DNA of 64,000 bases, taken from the NCBI GenBank assembly GCA_051362555.1, contig CM120641.1, forward strand, positions 36,772,401 through 36,836,400, given 5' to 3'. Made by a program: the position numbers and the translations under genes. Under the pieces are notes generated by a model. It had not been told where the DNA came from. It was given only the letters and a program-made list of their open reading frames with translations, and searched no databases. The DNA comes from Lingula anatina (Eukaryota; Animalia; Brachiopoda). Shown in pieces: positions 39,739 through 50,326 of this stretch (the stretch's first letter is position 1; each line of letters opens with the position of its first letter).

Positions 39739-40173
39739 TTACATTGTTCCCTTATCTTTTGAGGCATTATTTTGTTCTGTCTGATTTCCCTTGGTGATTT
39801 CATGGGGATTTGTGTCTGTTTGTGATTGATCCAACTCCTCCCCAGTAATTAGGGCCCCACTGGTTCCACCTGCCCCCCTAGGATCCCCATCACCCTCCCC
39901 CAAATCAGATTTTGAACTTTGCGACATAACAGACTGGATGTAACACCTTGTCCCACGCTTGTGTTTCAACACATGATCTTTTCTGTAAAACAGTTTACCA
40001 CAAATGTCACAGGCAAAAGTGCGCTGCAAGTGAATATTCATGTGGCGCTGGAGATGATGGCGATGAATGAAACTCTTGGGACAAAGAGTGCACCTATGCC
40101 TTGGCCTGGGGTCTAATAGGACTGGCCCCCGAGGAAATACTACGTCCAATGCCCATCCCTCATAACCAGAGTA
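39739..40173 (-). CDS. Alternative terminal exon, 2 zinc fingers with C-terminal tail
   Basis: ttttag acceptor, YSGYEGWALDV..HRCTLC..HMNIH..FACDIC; selector caggtgctcacag 40310-40322. Confidence 0.85.
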   Translation of the reverse strand, partial: YSGYEGWALDVVFPRGPVLLDPRPRHRCTLCPKSFIHRHHLQRHMNIHLQRTFACDICGKLFYRKDHVLKHKRGTRCYIQSVMSQSSKSDLGEGDGDPRGAGGTSGALITGEELDQSQTDTNPHEITKGNQTEQNNASKDKGTM

Positions 40174-40814
40174 CTAAAAATAACAAAAGGGAGTCAGGGA
40201 CTATAAATCTATGAGCAAGGTTATTTTAAAAAAACAAAAAAACAAAAAAAAAAAAAAAGAAAAAAGAAAAAAAAAAAGCTGACATACTTCTAAGCTTCAA
40301 TATAAATGGCAGGTGCTCACAGATTTTAAACATTTTATTTGTAATCAAAGAACATAAGTCACACATAAAAATATTGCAATTAAGTATTTTCCCCTGTCCT
40401 ATTTAAGATTTAAAGAAGACACAAGACCATTTGAAGCATAAGAAAATTTATGTCCACACCTATATTTAAGAATATTGGCCCCAAATATAATATTGAATCA
40501 AAAGGCAACAGAGATGTACCTGTATCAATATAAAAAGAAATATCATAAAAGAGAGACAAAAAAGCTAAATTCTCCTCATCAGGGTTAATGCATAAATCTA
40601 CTCGGGAGATATTCCAAGAAAACATTACTGATAATGCAATACCAGAACCTCCAGGTTGATAAAGAGATGGTTTCTACACATTCTATACAGGTTTACAGTG
40701 GTTTGTATCCATCATCAATCCATCATTAAAATTAAGGAATTACACTGTTATGTAATACAATTTATTTAGTTTTCAATTACATATCTTAATCTTCAGTTGA
40801 TAGTTACACCGAAC

Positions 40815-41050
40815 ACCATCGGTCTAAGTGGATCAATCCAACTCAGCACTGAGCAGGGATCCTTGCTGAGTGCAATCAGCTTAACGCACCTCCTCCTGGC
40901 CTAATGTAGATAACACAAAAGCTGGTGATTCTGCGAATATGTTGGTTAAGCTGGTTGAACTAAGCAAGAGTCCCTGCAGAGTTGGGTCGATCTAGGTAAA
41001 CTGATGGGTGTCTATAGGCACGGGGTCTAGGACTGCTAAGAATCCCTACG
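40815..41050. mobile_element. Palindromic MITE-like element (family B)
   Basis: Inverted arms ccatc..gatcaatccaactc..gcagggatccttgct / agcaagagtccctgc..gagttgggtcgatc..gatgg. Confidence 0.65.
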
Positions 41051-41086
41051 TACTGGTGGGCTAGCACTGTAAATATGCCTTGCACA

Positions 41087-41374
41087 TTAGTCATCTGATT
41101 CCCATTCCCAGTTCTGTTTATTGGTGTCCATCTTCTTGCAACTTTCCTTATGTACCCTAGTTACATGGCGCACCAGGTTGTCTTTTCTATAAAATGCACG
41201 GCCACAGTTTTCACATATGTATTTCTGCTGTTTGTGGACATTCATGTGGCGAGAGAGAATGGTTTGCTGTGCAAAATGTTTCCCACAGTGAACACACTGG
41301 TACCTAACACGACCACCAATATTTATACAAAGCACCGATCCCTTTTTTCTGCCCCTTTTGCTCCAAAACCAAGT
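41087..41374 (-). CDS. Alternative terminal exon, 2 C2H2 fingers
   Basis: cttcag acceptor, TWFWSK..YQCVHC..HMNVH..YICENC; selector gtgctcaca..caggtgaca 41516-41541. Confidence 0.85.
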   Translation of the reverse strand, partial: TWFWSKRGRKKGSVLCINIGGRVRYQCVHCGKHFAQQTILSRHMNVHKQQKYICENCGRAFYRKDNLVRHVTRVHKESCKKMDTNKQNWEWESDD

Positions 41375-41431
41375 CTGAAGTGGGAATAAAATATATTGCA
41401 CTGAGTGTGAAATGAAGCAGCCTAGGCAGGT

Positions 41432-41476
<45 letters not shown>

Positions 41477-41901
41477 GAGTGGCAAATCAATCTTTTTAAA
41501 ATTCAAAAACTGCCTGTGCTCACAAAAAGTTTCAGGTGACAAGAGTTATTTTATTATGTTAACACTCATTACATAAGTACTGCAGGGGACCAGTTTCTTT
41601 TTTAAGGGGGATTTGGGAGTGAAAATAATCATCAATATTAAGAGGATGTCGTTTTTTTTTTATTATTTACGGTCTTCCTTTCACAGAAGAAGATACTCCA
41701 AAAATTTCATTTATTTTCCCATTTCCCTATATCTTCATCTGATTCGATTCAATAAAATATAGACAATAAGAACATTAGGTTAATTTATTTGAAAGAAATT
41801 AACAATAAACATCAGTTTAAAGATTACTTATATATTTATTTTGTATCAATTAAATATAGCAGCTTACAAATATAAAGGTTGAAACTGGGTAACAAGTCAC
41901 A

Positions 41902-42117
41902 TTATAAGGTTTCACATCTTTTTTTGTGTATTTTCATATGTCCTATCAAGACATCTGAGCGCAAAAACCCTTTTTGGCAAATGTCACACTTATAGATCTT
42001 TTTTTGTAGATGTATATTGACATGCCTCATTAAATGTCCCTTTTGAGCAAAATTTTTAGGGCAGTGGGGACAACAGTATCTTCCAGAGATAGAACTTGCG
42101 GATTCCTCTTGTGCAAC
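41902..42117 (-). CDS. Alternative terminal exon, 2 C2H2 fingers (not in ORF track)
   Basis: VAQEESASSISGRYCCPHC..HVNIH..YKCDIC..HMKIH; selector taggtgttcaccaggt 42412-42427. Confidence 0.85.
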   Translation of the reverse strand, partial: VAQEESASSISGRYCCPHCPKNFAQKGHLMRHVNIHLQKKIYKCDICQKGFLRSDVLIGHMKIHKKRCETL

Positions 42118-42429
42118 CTAATACAAATAGCAAATAGTGACTTGAAGAGCTCTACAAATAACTATTCAATTAAGAACTAGTACTTCAAGAACAACGTTTT
42201 TATTATTTCCAGAACTTGCCCTTATGAAATTTCAAAATTTAAGTTACACTGAAAATGCTACTGCTTGCAGATCTGCAACCAAATGGCATGCTGGATACCC
42301 AAGTGCCCTACTTCCACTTGTCACTCAAAACAATATGACCTTTCACCTGAGCATAACTCATTAAATTTAAAACTGATCAAACTGAGAAGATTAGAGTACA
42401 ATTCTCCCCTTTAGGTGTTCACCAGGTCC

Positions 42430-42651
42430 TTAGTGTGACCCTTTTGGGGTAGGAAAAATATTTTTGTGCTTATATCTCTGGTGGCTGAGTAAAGTGTCTG
42501 TCCGGGAAAATGTCTTCCCACAGAGATAACATGGATAGGTTTTCTCCAGGTGAACATTCATATGCCTGGTTAAGTGACTTTTCTGACCAAAACTTTTCCC
42601 ACAATAAGAACAGACGTGTCTTCTAGCATTTAATATTCCGTCTTCAGTTAC
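42430..42651 (-). CDS. Alternative terminal exon, 2 C2H2 fingers
   Basis: VTEDGILNARRHVCSYC..HMNVH..YPCYLC; selector tagtgcttcacaggtgt 42749-42765. Confidence 0.87.
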   Translation of the reverse strand, partial: VTEDGILNARRHVCSYCGKSFGQKSHLTRHMNVHLEKTYPCYLCGKTFSRTDTLLSHQRYKHKNIFPTPKGSH

Positions 42652-43491
42652 CTGACAATGAATAATATTCACTATAATTTCACTACATTTAACCTTTTGA
42701 GGCAAGATTAAAATGTTTTTGATCAAATATAAATATTTTGCTTAAAACTAGTGCTTCACAGGTGTAAGTCCTTCATACATAAAATGCTTCATATTTAAAG
42801 AAACTGCTTTTGATAGAAAATTCACCCACCCAACTCTGATTCTGTAAGTATACAAGCTATTACTAAATGCCAATACAAACATAACTAAAATATTATTCAA
42901 CAATTGTAATCACAAAGGTGAAAAAACAAGTCCCTATAGAAGACCTGAAAAACAAAAGTACATTTCCTTTACCTCCAGAGGTCAGTAATAAAAAAATTCA
43001 CTTTGCTTTTAATTCAATCTTAATACATGTGGAGAGACCCTTCAGTCCCCAGAACTGTGGTAACATAACTAAATAAATTAACAATAACAAAAGACTGTCC
43101 AAAAATGTATCCTCAAAGTAATTATAGAGATTTATCTCCAAACAAATATCCTTATGGCTGGGTAAGTGACATTCTGAGCAAGATCATTCATCAAAGAACG
43201 ACAGGTATTACAAGTTATACAGCAAATTTCACAAATATACAGAAAAAAGTTTCTATCACATTTTGCCAAAAAAAAAAAAAAAAAAAGAAATCTTTTCATT
43301 GTAGAGTAACTGTTTTGTAACACAAAGCTTTGTAAACTTAAACTATTTCAGTACCATTGTCCAAGAACTGTTACAAAAATCCCTAAACCACATAAGTCAT
43401 GTGCTTCAAATCAAATGCAACATATCCCACGCACAAAATTATTAATTGTGAAAGAAGAAGCATTTTCTTAAGTTGATCCTGAAAATGGTTC

Positions 43492-43713
43492 TCAGATGAA
43501 CCCCTTGGCTCCGAGGACCTCATTTCTGTGTTTTCCCCTCTGGTGACTTAACAAGTTATCTGTTCTGTTAAAACTTTTCCCACAGAAGGAGCATGGGTAG
43601 GTCTTAGCAAGGTGAACATTCATGTGTCTGTTTAAGTGACATTTCTGCACAAAACTTTTCCCACAAATGGAACAGATGTGTCGCTTGCAGCTTGAATTTT
43701 CTTCTCCAGCCAC
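43492..43713 (-). CDS. Alternative terminal exon, 2 C2H2 fingers (close paralog of 42430)
   Basis: VAGEENSSCKRHICSIC..HMNVH..YPCSFC; selector ctgtggtccacaggtgtt 43774-43791. Confidence 0.87.
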   Translation of the reverse strand: MAGEENSSCKRHICSICGKSFVQKCHLNRHMNVHLAKTYPCSFCGKSFNRTDNLLSHQRGKHRNEVLGAKGFI

Positions 43714-44002
43714 CTAGTAACAATTTTTTTTCAATGTATCTCGACAGTATGTTTTATATTATTTTAAGGCTGTCTGTGGTCCACAGGTGTTGGCTTTTCA
43801 GTCACAAATTCAAGAAAAATGCATTAGATTTCTTTGATTGTTTCAACGATGAAAATCCAAAATTTGAGTTTCCTTTTTTTCTAATGGACGAGGATATGAA
43901 AAATCTTTAGTTTTACAACAATAAGGAAGCTTTACAACTATTTTCTGTGAAAAATTTTTCTTAGAATGATTTCCTAGAAAAATTACTTTAACCATGCATT
44001 AT

Positions 44003-44185
44003 TTACTGGACATGGTTCACTTTCACATGGGACTTCAGATTGTCCTTTCTATTAAACACCTTCCCACAATGTTCACATGGGAACAACTCTTGGAAGTCGC
44101 CATGTAGCTGCATATGGCGTTTCAAATTACGAGGAGAACTGATCCACTTATGACAGAGATGACACTCCACCTTGCCTTGCTTGTT
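44003..44185 (-). CDS. Alternative terminal exon, 2 C2H2 fingers (not in ORF track)
   Basis: NKQGKVECHLC..HMQLH..FPCEHC..HVKVNH; selector tgttcattggtatc 44228-44241. Confidence 0.85.
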   Translation of the reverse strand, partial: NKQGKVECHLCHKWISSPRNLKRHMQLHGDFQELFPCEHCGKVFNRKDNLKSHVKVNHVQ

Positions 44186-45089
44186 CTGAAAAAGGTGACC
44201 AGGATTTAGGATAAACTATGGTACAATTGTTCATTGGTATCCACTGTAAGTTTTTTGCATTTACATTACGCTGCACACAGGTAGAGGACTGTTGTCGACG
44301 GACCACCAAATGCCTTCACAAGCGTGTCCAAACAATTTTTTTGTCAAATCTCTTTCATTACAATTTGAAACAGCCGGGTTGGCAATCTTGCACAATTGCA
44401 CCACTCAGCTGTCAACATCAGAGATTGAACACAACTGGTGTGCAATTAACACTCAATTTGTCTCAAAACATATCTTTAGCCATAGAGCCTCTCTTGTTTG
44501 CAATATTTACCCAAATCACTCTAGCTAGCAACTTATTAAAATTTTCAAAGTAAATATTTGGTTTCATTAGGAAAATGAAACTTACTATCATGGTCTTTCT
44601 CACGTCTCCTTAGATCATCACTCTTGAAATTTTCTCCAAAATATTTACACACTTGCCCATCATTACCTCAGACAAGGTTAGTTCATTTGTTCACAGCATT
44701 ATGCAAAAGTAATGGGCAATTTTCATGAAGTTTTCAAGGAAAGATCACAAATTTGTACAATTAATTGATTAAATAATTAATGTTTAATTGTTACTTATTT
44801 GTTTTGGCAGAGGTCTGCCCTGAGCGCCTTTCTAGTTGTACATTTTTTTATTTCATGTTAAAATTTTTTGTGAAAGGGTATCCACATATTCTACAAAGGA
44901 ACCTCCGAGTCTGGAATAAGTAAAATATTCTCTTTTTGTGTTTTTATTGACATGGATGCACCAAATTTCCAGCAGTATAAAGCAATTGTAAAACATACCA
45001 ACAGGGAGACTTCAGAAATTGTATCACAAAGAAAACAGAACTTGAAAAAGTCATATCCAGACGAAATCTGCAGAGCTGCCATTTACCAC

Positions 45090-45302
45090 CTAACTCCTCT
45101 GGTTTGCTACAAATTTTTTCTTCAAGCAAGCAATCATGTGTCTTTTTAAGTTATCCCCGCGATTAAATGTCCTGCTACACTGAGAACAAGTCAGCAGAGT
45201 CTGAGTAGTGTGGTTTTTTACGTGCCGTTTCATGTTACTGGGACAGGTGAATGCAACATCACAAATATTGCACCTGTATTCTGGCTTTCCATGCTGTGAC
45301 AC
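45090..45302 (-). CDS. Alternative terminal exon, 2 zinc fingers
   Basis: VSQHGKPEYRCNIC..HVKNH..LTCSQC; selector tagtgctcccagtg 45452-45465. Confidence 0.85.
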   Translation of the reverse strand: MSQHGKPEYRCNICDVAFTCPSNMKRHVKNHTTQTLLTCSQCSRTFNRGDNLKRHMIACLKKKFVANQRS

Positions 45303-45642
45303 CTGAGATACAAAACAGTGCAAAGGTAGAAAATGGATTAAAATAAAACAAAGACAAATGTGCGACGGGGAAAAACTCCAATTTTAATTTTTTGTTGTTC
45401 TTCTTCTACATTATTTTTGTATCGTGAGTCAACTTCTGCTTGCCTGTTTGCTAGTGCTCCCAGTGATTTTAAGTGTCAGCTTCAACATATCCCATCACTT
45501 CCATGACATTATAGCTTTTCATTGTAAAACAAGTTTAAAAATAATTTTCAATGACACTTATTGTTAACATCGTAACAGATGGTCAATAAATAAATTTTCT
45601 CCTGCTGCAGTCCAAACCACAAATTTTGATTTAAAAAAAAAA

Positions 45643-45903
45643 TTAGGTCCACTTTATACTAGAATGATACATGGAATGCTCGTTTTTATGAGCCTTCATA
45701 TGCTGTGTCAGCACATCACTCCTATAGAAAACCTTCCCACATGTACGGCACTCATACGTCCTTTTCCAGTGAATATTCATATGGCGATATAAGTTACTTT
45801 TATTGACAAAACTCTTGTTGCAAGCCAAGCACCAGTGTTTTGAACCCACTGTTACCCATGTTGCGGAACCTGCAGCTGAGCCTTTTGTTTCTTTTCTCAT
45901 CAT
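45643..45903 (-). CDS. Alternative terminal exon, 2 C2H2 fingers
   Basis: ttttag acceptor, MMRKETK..HWCLAC..HMNIH..YECRTC; selector ggtgttca 46063-46070. Confidence 0.85.
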   Translation of the reverse strand: MMRKETKGSAAGSATWVTVGSKHWCLACNKSFVNKSNLYRHMNIHWKRTYECRTCGKVFYRSDVLTQHMKAHKNEHSMYHSSIKWT

Positions 45904-46163
45904 CTAAAAGGAGCAAATGGACAGCAACTTTGGAACTTGATCAAAGATGGGAGCATAAACAGAGATTCCAAACATACTATCATGCAGTTAAAGTTTGGAA
46001 AGTGATATTTCTGAGTAGGTTTTTTTTATTGGAGGGGCATCAGTACGTGCTATTTTAGACATGGTGTTCAGAATTAAAGATTTCTTTATCCAAGCAGCCA
46101 CCTGCCAAACCACTTTTCTATAATTAAACAGTTTCCTTTTTTTTAAAAGCATTTTGGCAGTTA

Positions 46164-46409
46164 TCACGACATGGTGAGATTTTTCTGATGACTTTTTACA
46201 TGAGCATTCATGACATCTCTTCTATGAAATGCTGCCCCACATTTTAAGCAAACATGTTTTCTTGGTTCGTGGGAGTGCCGATGTCTTATCAAACTGCGCC
46301 GATGTACAAAACATCTTCCACATTCCTCACACTCATGTTTTGTCTCCTCTCTGCCTTGAAACAAATCCAGCCATGTTGAACTGGACAAAGGGGTATCAAA
46401 ACCAGGTAC
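46164..46409 (-). CDS. Alternative terminal exon, 2 C2H2 fingers
   Basis: acatag acceptor, VPGFDTPLSS..HECEEC..HRHSH..HVCLKC; selector ctgtggtgctca 46543-46554. Confidence 0.8.
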   Translation of the reverse strand, partial: VPGFDTPLSSSTWLDLFQGREETKHECEECGRCFVHRRSLIRHRHSHEPRKHVCLKCGAAFHRRDVMNAHVKSHQKNLTMS

Positions 46410-46993
46410 CTATGTAATAAACATTAATTCACTACAGATTCTTGTGTACTTAGTTACTCAAATGAGAGACTTCTGCAAAAACAGCACTAAATATTGTATG
46501 TAAATTTGTACTTAAACTAAGAGATATTACTGCATGGTATTCCTGTGGTGCTCATCAAGAATAACTTGTGTCCCAAAAAAATTAATTTGTAAGTATGAAA
46601 ACCAGATTATAGAAACCATTAAATTCCTTTATTTAACTTATATGAAATTATAATAATGGGCATATAAGTAGGGAAGAAGCATACTTGTACACAGGATTAA
46701 TACAGTTTCAAGGTTCTACTGTAATGTGCAGTATGGCCTTCAAGGGTACTATTTGTATGTAGTATCATTCTATTATAAATAAACATATTAACATCCTAGC
46801 AGAATATATATATATATTTTTTTGAATGATTGTATCCATGAGACCATTGTATCCATGTAAAATATTGCTGCCACGCAACACCAGCATTATCCATAGCTGA
46901 GCACATCCCTCTCTTATGAAAAAGTCATGATACGTCTTAACTTATAAGGTATCTAGGCTACAATTTTCCAAGGCAATATTCTTTAGTCAAGCA

Positions 46994-47173
46994 TTAAAAT
47001 GTGGCTAGGTGTGCTCTTCTTTTATGAAGAAGCAATGTATCATCCCTGCTAAACAGCTTATCACAGTAGTCGCACCGAAACCGGATTTCTGTGTGTATCA
47101 ACTTATGTCTGTTCAGGTTCCTCTGCTGGGTGAAGCCTGATCTACAAATCTCACAGAAATACACCTTAGGGGT
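46994..47173 (-). CDS. Alternative terminal exon, 2 C2H2 fingers
   Basis: tttcag acceptor, TPKVYFCEIC..HKLIH..FRCDYC; selector-like ctgcaggt..tgctcac 47237-47260. Confidence 0.83.
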   Translation of the reverse strand, partial: TPKVYFCEICRSGFTQQRNLNRHKLIHTEIRFRCDYCDKLFSRDDTLLLHKRRAHLATF

Positions 47174-47283
47174 CTGAAATAAAGATGGGCAACTTATCTC
47201 ATTATTTTTTTCTTTGGAAAAAAAAAATACTGATGCCTGCAGGTAGTAGTACATGCTCACGACTAAGATAAAGTAGTTGAATT

Positions 47284-47619
47284 CTATTGAGTAGTTTCAC
47301 TGTCAGCAGATGCAGGACGCATTACAGCAGACGTGGGGACAACAAGCTTTTTTCCTGTTAGTGGCATCCCAGCAGCTTTCTGGTGAACGTGACGAGTGTG
47401 CTCAAGAAGATAGTCGCTTCGTTTAAAAGCTTTGCCACAGGTGAGGCAGACAAATCGCCTATGAGTATGCACATTCATGTGTCTTCGCAAGTTGGTTAAA
47501 AGAGTAAAACTCTTGTGACATATTGTACATGGAAACCTCTTCTGCTGTTGAAGATCCACACCCATCTTAATTGGTGTTGCTTTTCTGTAAAGTGAGCCCA
47601 TTACTCTTGCTCTGGGTAG
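47284..47619 (-). CDS. Alternative terminal exon, 2 C2H2 fingers
   Basis: tcctag acceptor, LPRARVMG..FPCTIC..HMNVH..FVCLTC; selector ctgtagtgcacaggtat 47707-47723. Confidence 0.82.
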   Translation of the reverse strand, partial: LPRARVMGSLYRKATPIKMGVDLQQQKRFPCTICHKSFTLLTNLRRHMNVHTHRRFVCLTCGKAFKRSDYLLEHTRHVHQKAAGMPLTGKKLVVPTSAVMRPASADSETTQ

Positions 47620-48033
47620 CTAGGATTAATACAAGAAAAATATCTTACTAAGACTGCCCTCATTCAGATTCTTGTTAATTCAAATGAAGCAAGCACATAT
47701 ACAAGTCTGTAGTGCACAGGTATAGATAATGGGGAAAATCCCAATATTTGGAACCATGATGCTGATGCTAAATTAGTATACATATGTTAAATTAATGATA
47801 CTGGATGTCTTTTTTCTACAGATGTTCTTGAAAGTGTTATCAATATACAATATATATGATCATTTTTGGTTTGTGTACAATCACATCCTTGGGGAGTAAT
47901 TTTTCACCAAATTTCAAATGCTAAACCCTACATGAAAACCAATCCATCTTTATACTTTTTCACCAAAATAATCTACACCTTAAATTCCTTAATGCACATT
48001 TGAATCTTGAAATGAACAAAAAATGCTACCATC

Positions 48034-48306
48034 TCACTCTGGTATTTGACATTCCCTATTTGATTCACTAACATGTACATCCTTATGGCAGTTTCTAAAA
48101 TGATTTTTCAAACTGTCACTTCTAGAAAATTCACTTTTGCAGACAGTACAGTGCCAGGTTTTATTGCGATGAACATTCATGTGCCTTGATAAATTGTTGA
48201 CATGTTTGTAACTCTTCAGACACAATGGGCATTGGTATTTCCCTACAATTTCCATATAATATCGGTGGTTTCCTTCACTGTCTGTATAATGATTTCTTCC
48301 ATTACT
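48034..48306 (-). CDS. Alternative terminal exon, 2 C2H2 fingers
   Basis: ccacag acceptor, SNGRNHY..YQCPLC..HMNVH..WHCTVC; short selector cacaggtg 48419-48426. Confidence 0.85.
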   Translation of the reverse strand, partial: SNGRNHYTDSEGNHRYYMEIVGKYQCPLCLKSYKHVNNLSRHMNVHRNKTWHCTVCKSEFSRSDSLKNHFRNCHKDVHVSESNRECQIPE

Positions 48307-48629
48307 CTGTGGAAAAATAAAAGATATGAAGAAACAAAGGCATATATGCATTCTACTTTTGAATATTCTTAGTATTTATTGCAAGATTCATATCTACTTT
48401 TTCTACAATCCAAGCCCCCACAGGTGGTAGTACTTTTTTGCCACTTTAAAGTGTTGTTTTTTGTCAAAATTTATGATGTATTCCACATTTCATGCAGGTA
48501 AGTTAACAGTGACAGTCAAGAAATCCAGCTACTCTTTTAAAAGTCTTGGCTTATGCTGCTGAAATCATTAGCATTTTTCTTGTGACAGTATAGTTTTTGT
48601 ATGGATTTTATGTTGTTAATACAGCTCCT

Positions 48630-48842
48630 TCACTTCTTTTTCCGTTTGTGGACATACTTCATGTGATTATCCTTCCTTTGCAATATAAAAGCTTGACAAA
48701 TTTCACAGAAGAAAGATTTGTGCTTGTGAACTGTGTTTATATGGCGCAGAAGGTCATGCTTGAAATTAAATTCCTTGAGGCACATTGCACATGCAGGTTT
48801 TTTAGATGAATCTCCTGAGCTACACACTACACTGTGTTCTTC
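48630..48842 (-). CDS. Alternative terminal exon, C2H2 finger plus atypical short finger
   Basis: ctcaag acceptor, EEHSVVCSSG..ACAMC..HINTVH..FCEICQAFILQRKDNHMKYVH; selector gctcactggtgggtcac 48953-48969. Confidence 0.8.
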   Translation of the reverse strand, partial: EEHSVVCSSGDSSKKPACAMCLKEFNFKHDLLRHINTVHKHKSFFCEICQAFILQRKDNHMKYVHKRKKK

Positions 48843-48954
48843 CTTGAGAAAATAAAATGAAATACTTCCATTAAACTACATTTGTCACCGTCATAAATGG
48901 TCTCCTTTTTTTTTTTTTTTACACCACCAGCAAAAGATGCGGGTCACATAACGC

Positions 48955-49245
48955 TCACTGGTGGGTCACTTTTCCTGTTACTCGTTTCCTATTGTGGGCA
49001 AACTTCATGTGGTTATCTTTTCTCTGTAGTACAAATGCCTGACAAAGGTGGCAATAGTGGGGTTTTCTTTTATGCACCACATCCACATGTCTTGTCAACG
49101 AAGATTTACAAACAAATTTTTTCTTGCACTGGTTACAAGCTAATTTTTTCGTCAAGTTTGATTTTTCAGCATTTTGGAGGAGAGAGCCCCCTGGATAAGG
49201 TGACACACCTGGTCCCCACCTTAACTCCTCAGAAACAGCATGCAC
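48955..49245 (-). CDS. Alternative terminal exon, C2H2 finger plus atypical short finger
   Basis: caccag acceptor, VHAVSEE..LACNQC..HVDVVH..YCHLCQAFVLQRKDNHMKFAH; selector ctcacaactgttcaatggt 49367-49385. Confidence 0.82.
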   Translation of the reverse strand: MHAVSEELRWGPGVSPYPGGSLLQNAEKSNLTKKLACNQCKKKFVCKSSLTRHVDVVHKRKPHYCHLCQAFVLQRKDNHMKFAHNRKRVTGKVTHQ

Positions 49246-49632
49246 CTGGTGGGTAAGAAAAGGGAAAATATCCATGTCCTGGCACAACATTAAGCACCAA
49301 AGAAACTAAAACTACTTTTTCTTTTGGGAAAAAAAGAATGTATTCTAGGGGCTTTGAATAAGGAAACTCACAACTGTTCAATGGTTTCGCTTATATTTCC
49401 CTTCTGTCATCTAATCTTGTCACAAAGCATAATGCAGCATGTACATATCATAATTTATATATTAAGTGAATAAAATATCAATAAAAAAACTTAAATATTT
49501 GTACATACTGACAAAAACTATAAACAATTCATGCCTTAAGAAAATTCGACAAAAAGTATCAAACTATCCTGACCACAGAGTTTACACAGCATCCAAGCAC
49601 AGAGCTCGTGTTCTTTTTCGGATTCTATTATT

Positions 49633-49896
49633 CTACTGTGGAACATCAGGCTTTTTAGTTGGTTTTATCTTATGAAATGATTTCATATGATTATCTCTTC
49701 TTTGTAAAATAAAGGCATCACAGAGATAACAAAAGAAAGTACGACTCCTATGAATAGTATTCTTATGCCGTGACAAACTTGTCCTGTCACTAAGTTCTTT
49801 ATTACATATTTCACACATCCATTTCTTAGTATCAGACAGAGCCTCTTTCGTGGGGGTTGGGGTTGACAAGAACATTTCACTGTTCATCCCAAGGGC
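49633..49896 (-). CDS. Most proximal ZF alternative terminal exon, C2H2 finger plus atypical short finger
   Basis: atgtag acceptor, ALGMNSE..WMCEIC..HKNTIH..FCYLCDAFILQRRDNHMKSFH; short selector ttcactggt 49964-49972. Confidence 0.83.
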   Translation of the reverse strand, partial: ALGMNSEMFLSTPTPTKEALSDTKKWMCEICNKELSDRTSLSRHKNTIHRSRTFFCYLCDAFILQRRDNHMKSFHKIKPTKKPDVPQ

Positions 49897-50279
49897 CTAC
49901 ATAAAAGAAATATGACAGTTATGCTACAGACACACTGAGCTTTGTATCACATGTATTAGTTCATTCACTGGTTGAATGCTGTACAGTATGCAAAGCCTCT
50001 TGGTGCTCTTGTGCTAAATACACCAAATTTCATTGAACTGTGTCCTTTTATCATTGATATACAAGAGCATATTCCCTATCATTCATCTTTATTTGTATTA
50101 CCCCTACAATTCACATATGCATCAGCGTATTTTTTGTACTATTATCATTAAAATGATAGCCCTTTCACATTCATACTGGACCACACAATCTAGCACAATT
50201 CATCTAGCAGAGTTGTTTTTTTTTCACACATTCAATAGGGGCTTAAAAATCTAAGCACAAATTTAGCACAACGATTTTC

Positions 50280-50326
<47 letters not shown>

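Noticed and set aside
44218-44553. ORFs between ZF exons as an additional exon
   Set aside because: No zinc-finger pattern in the minus-strand frames I read and no convincing open phase-0 exon.
23218-49896. Cluster of independent single-exon zinc-finger genes, or one long poly-ZF gene
   Set aside because: Most ORFs lack an ATG, begin at same-phase splice acceptors and each ends in its own stop, which fits alternative terminal exons.
21304-49972. Recurrent aggtgttcac motif as a CRISPR repeat or recombination signal
   Set aside because: Eukaryotic DNA, irregular spacing, degenerate copies; better explained as RNA selectors complementary to 51107-51150.
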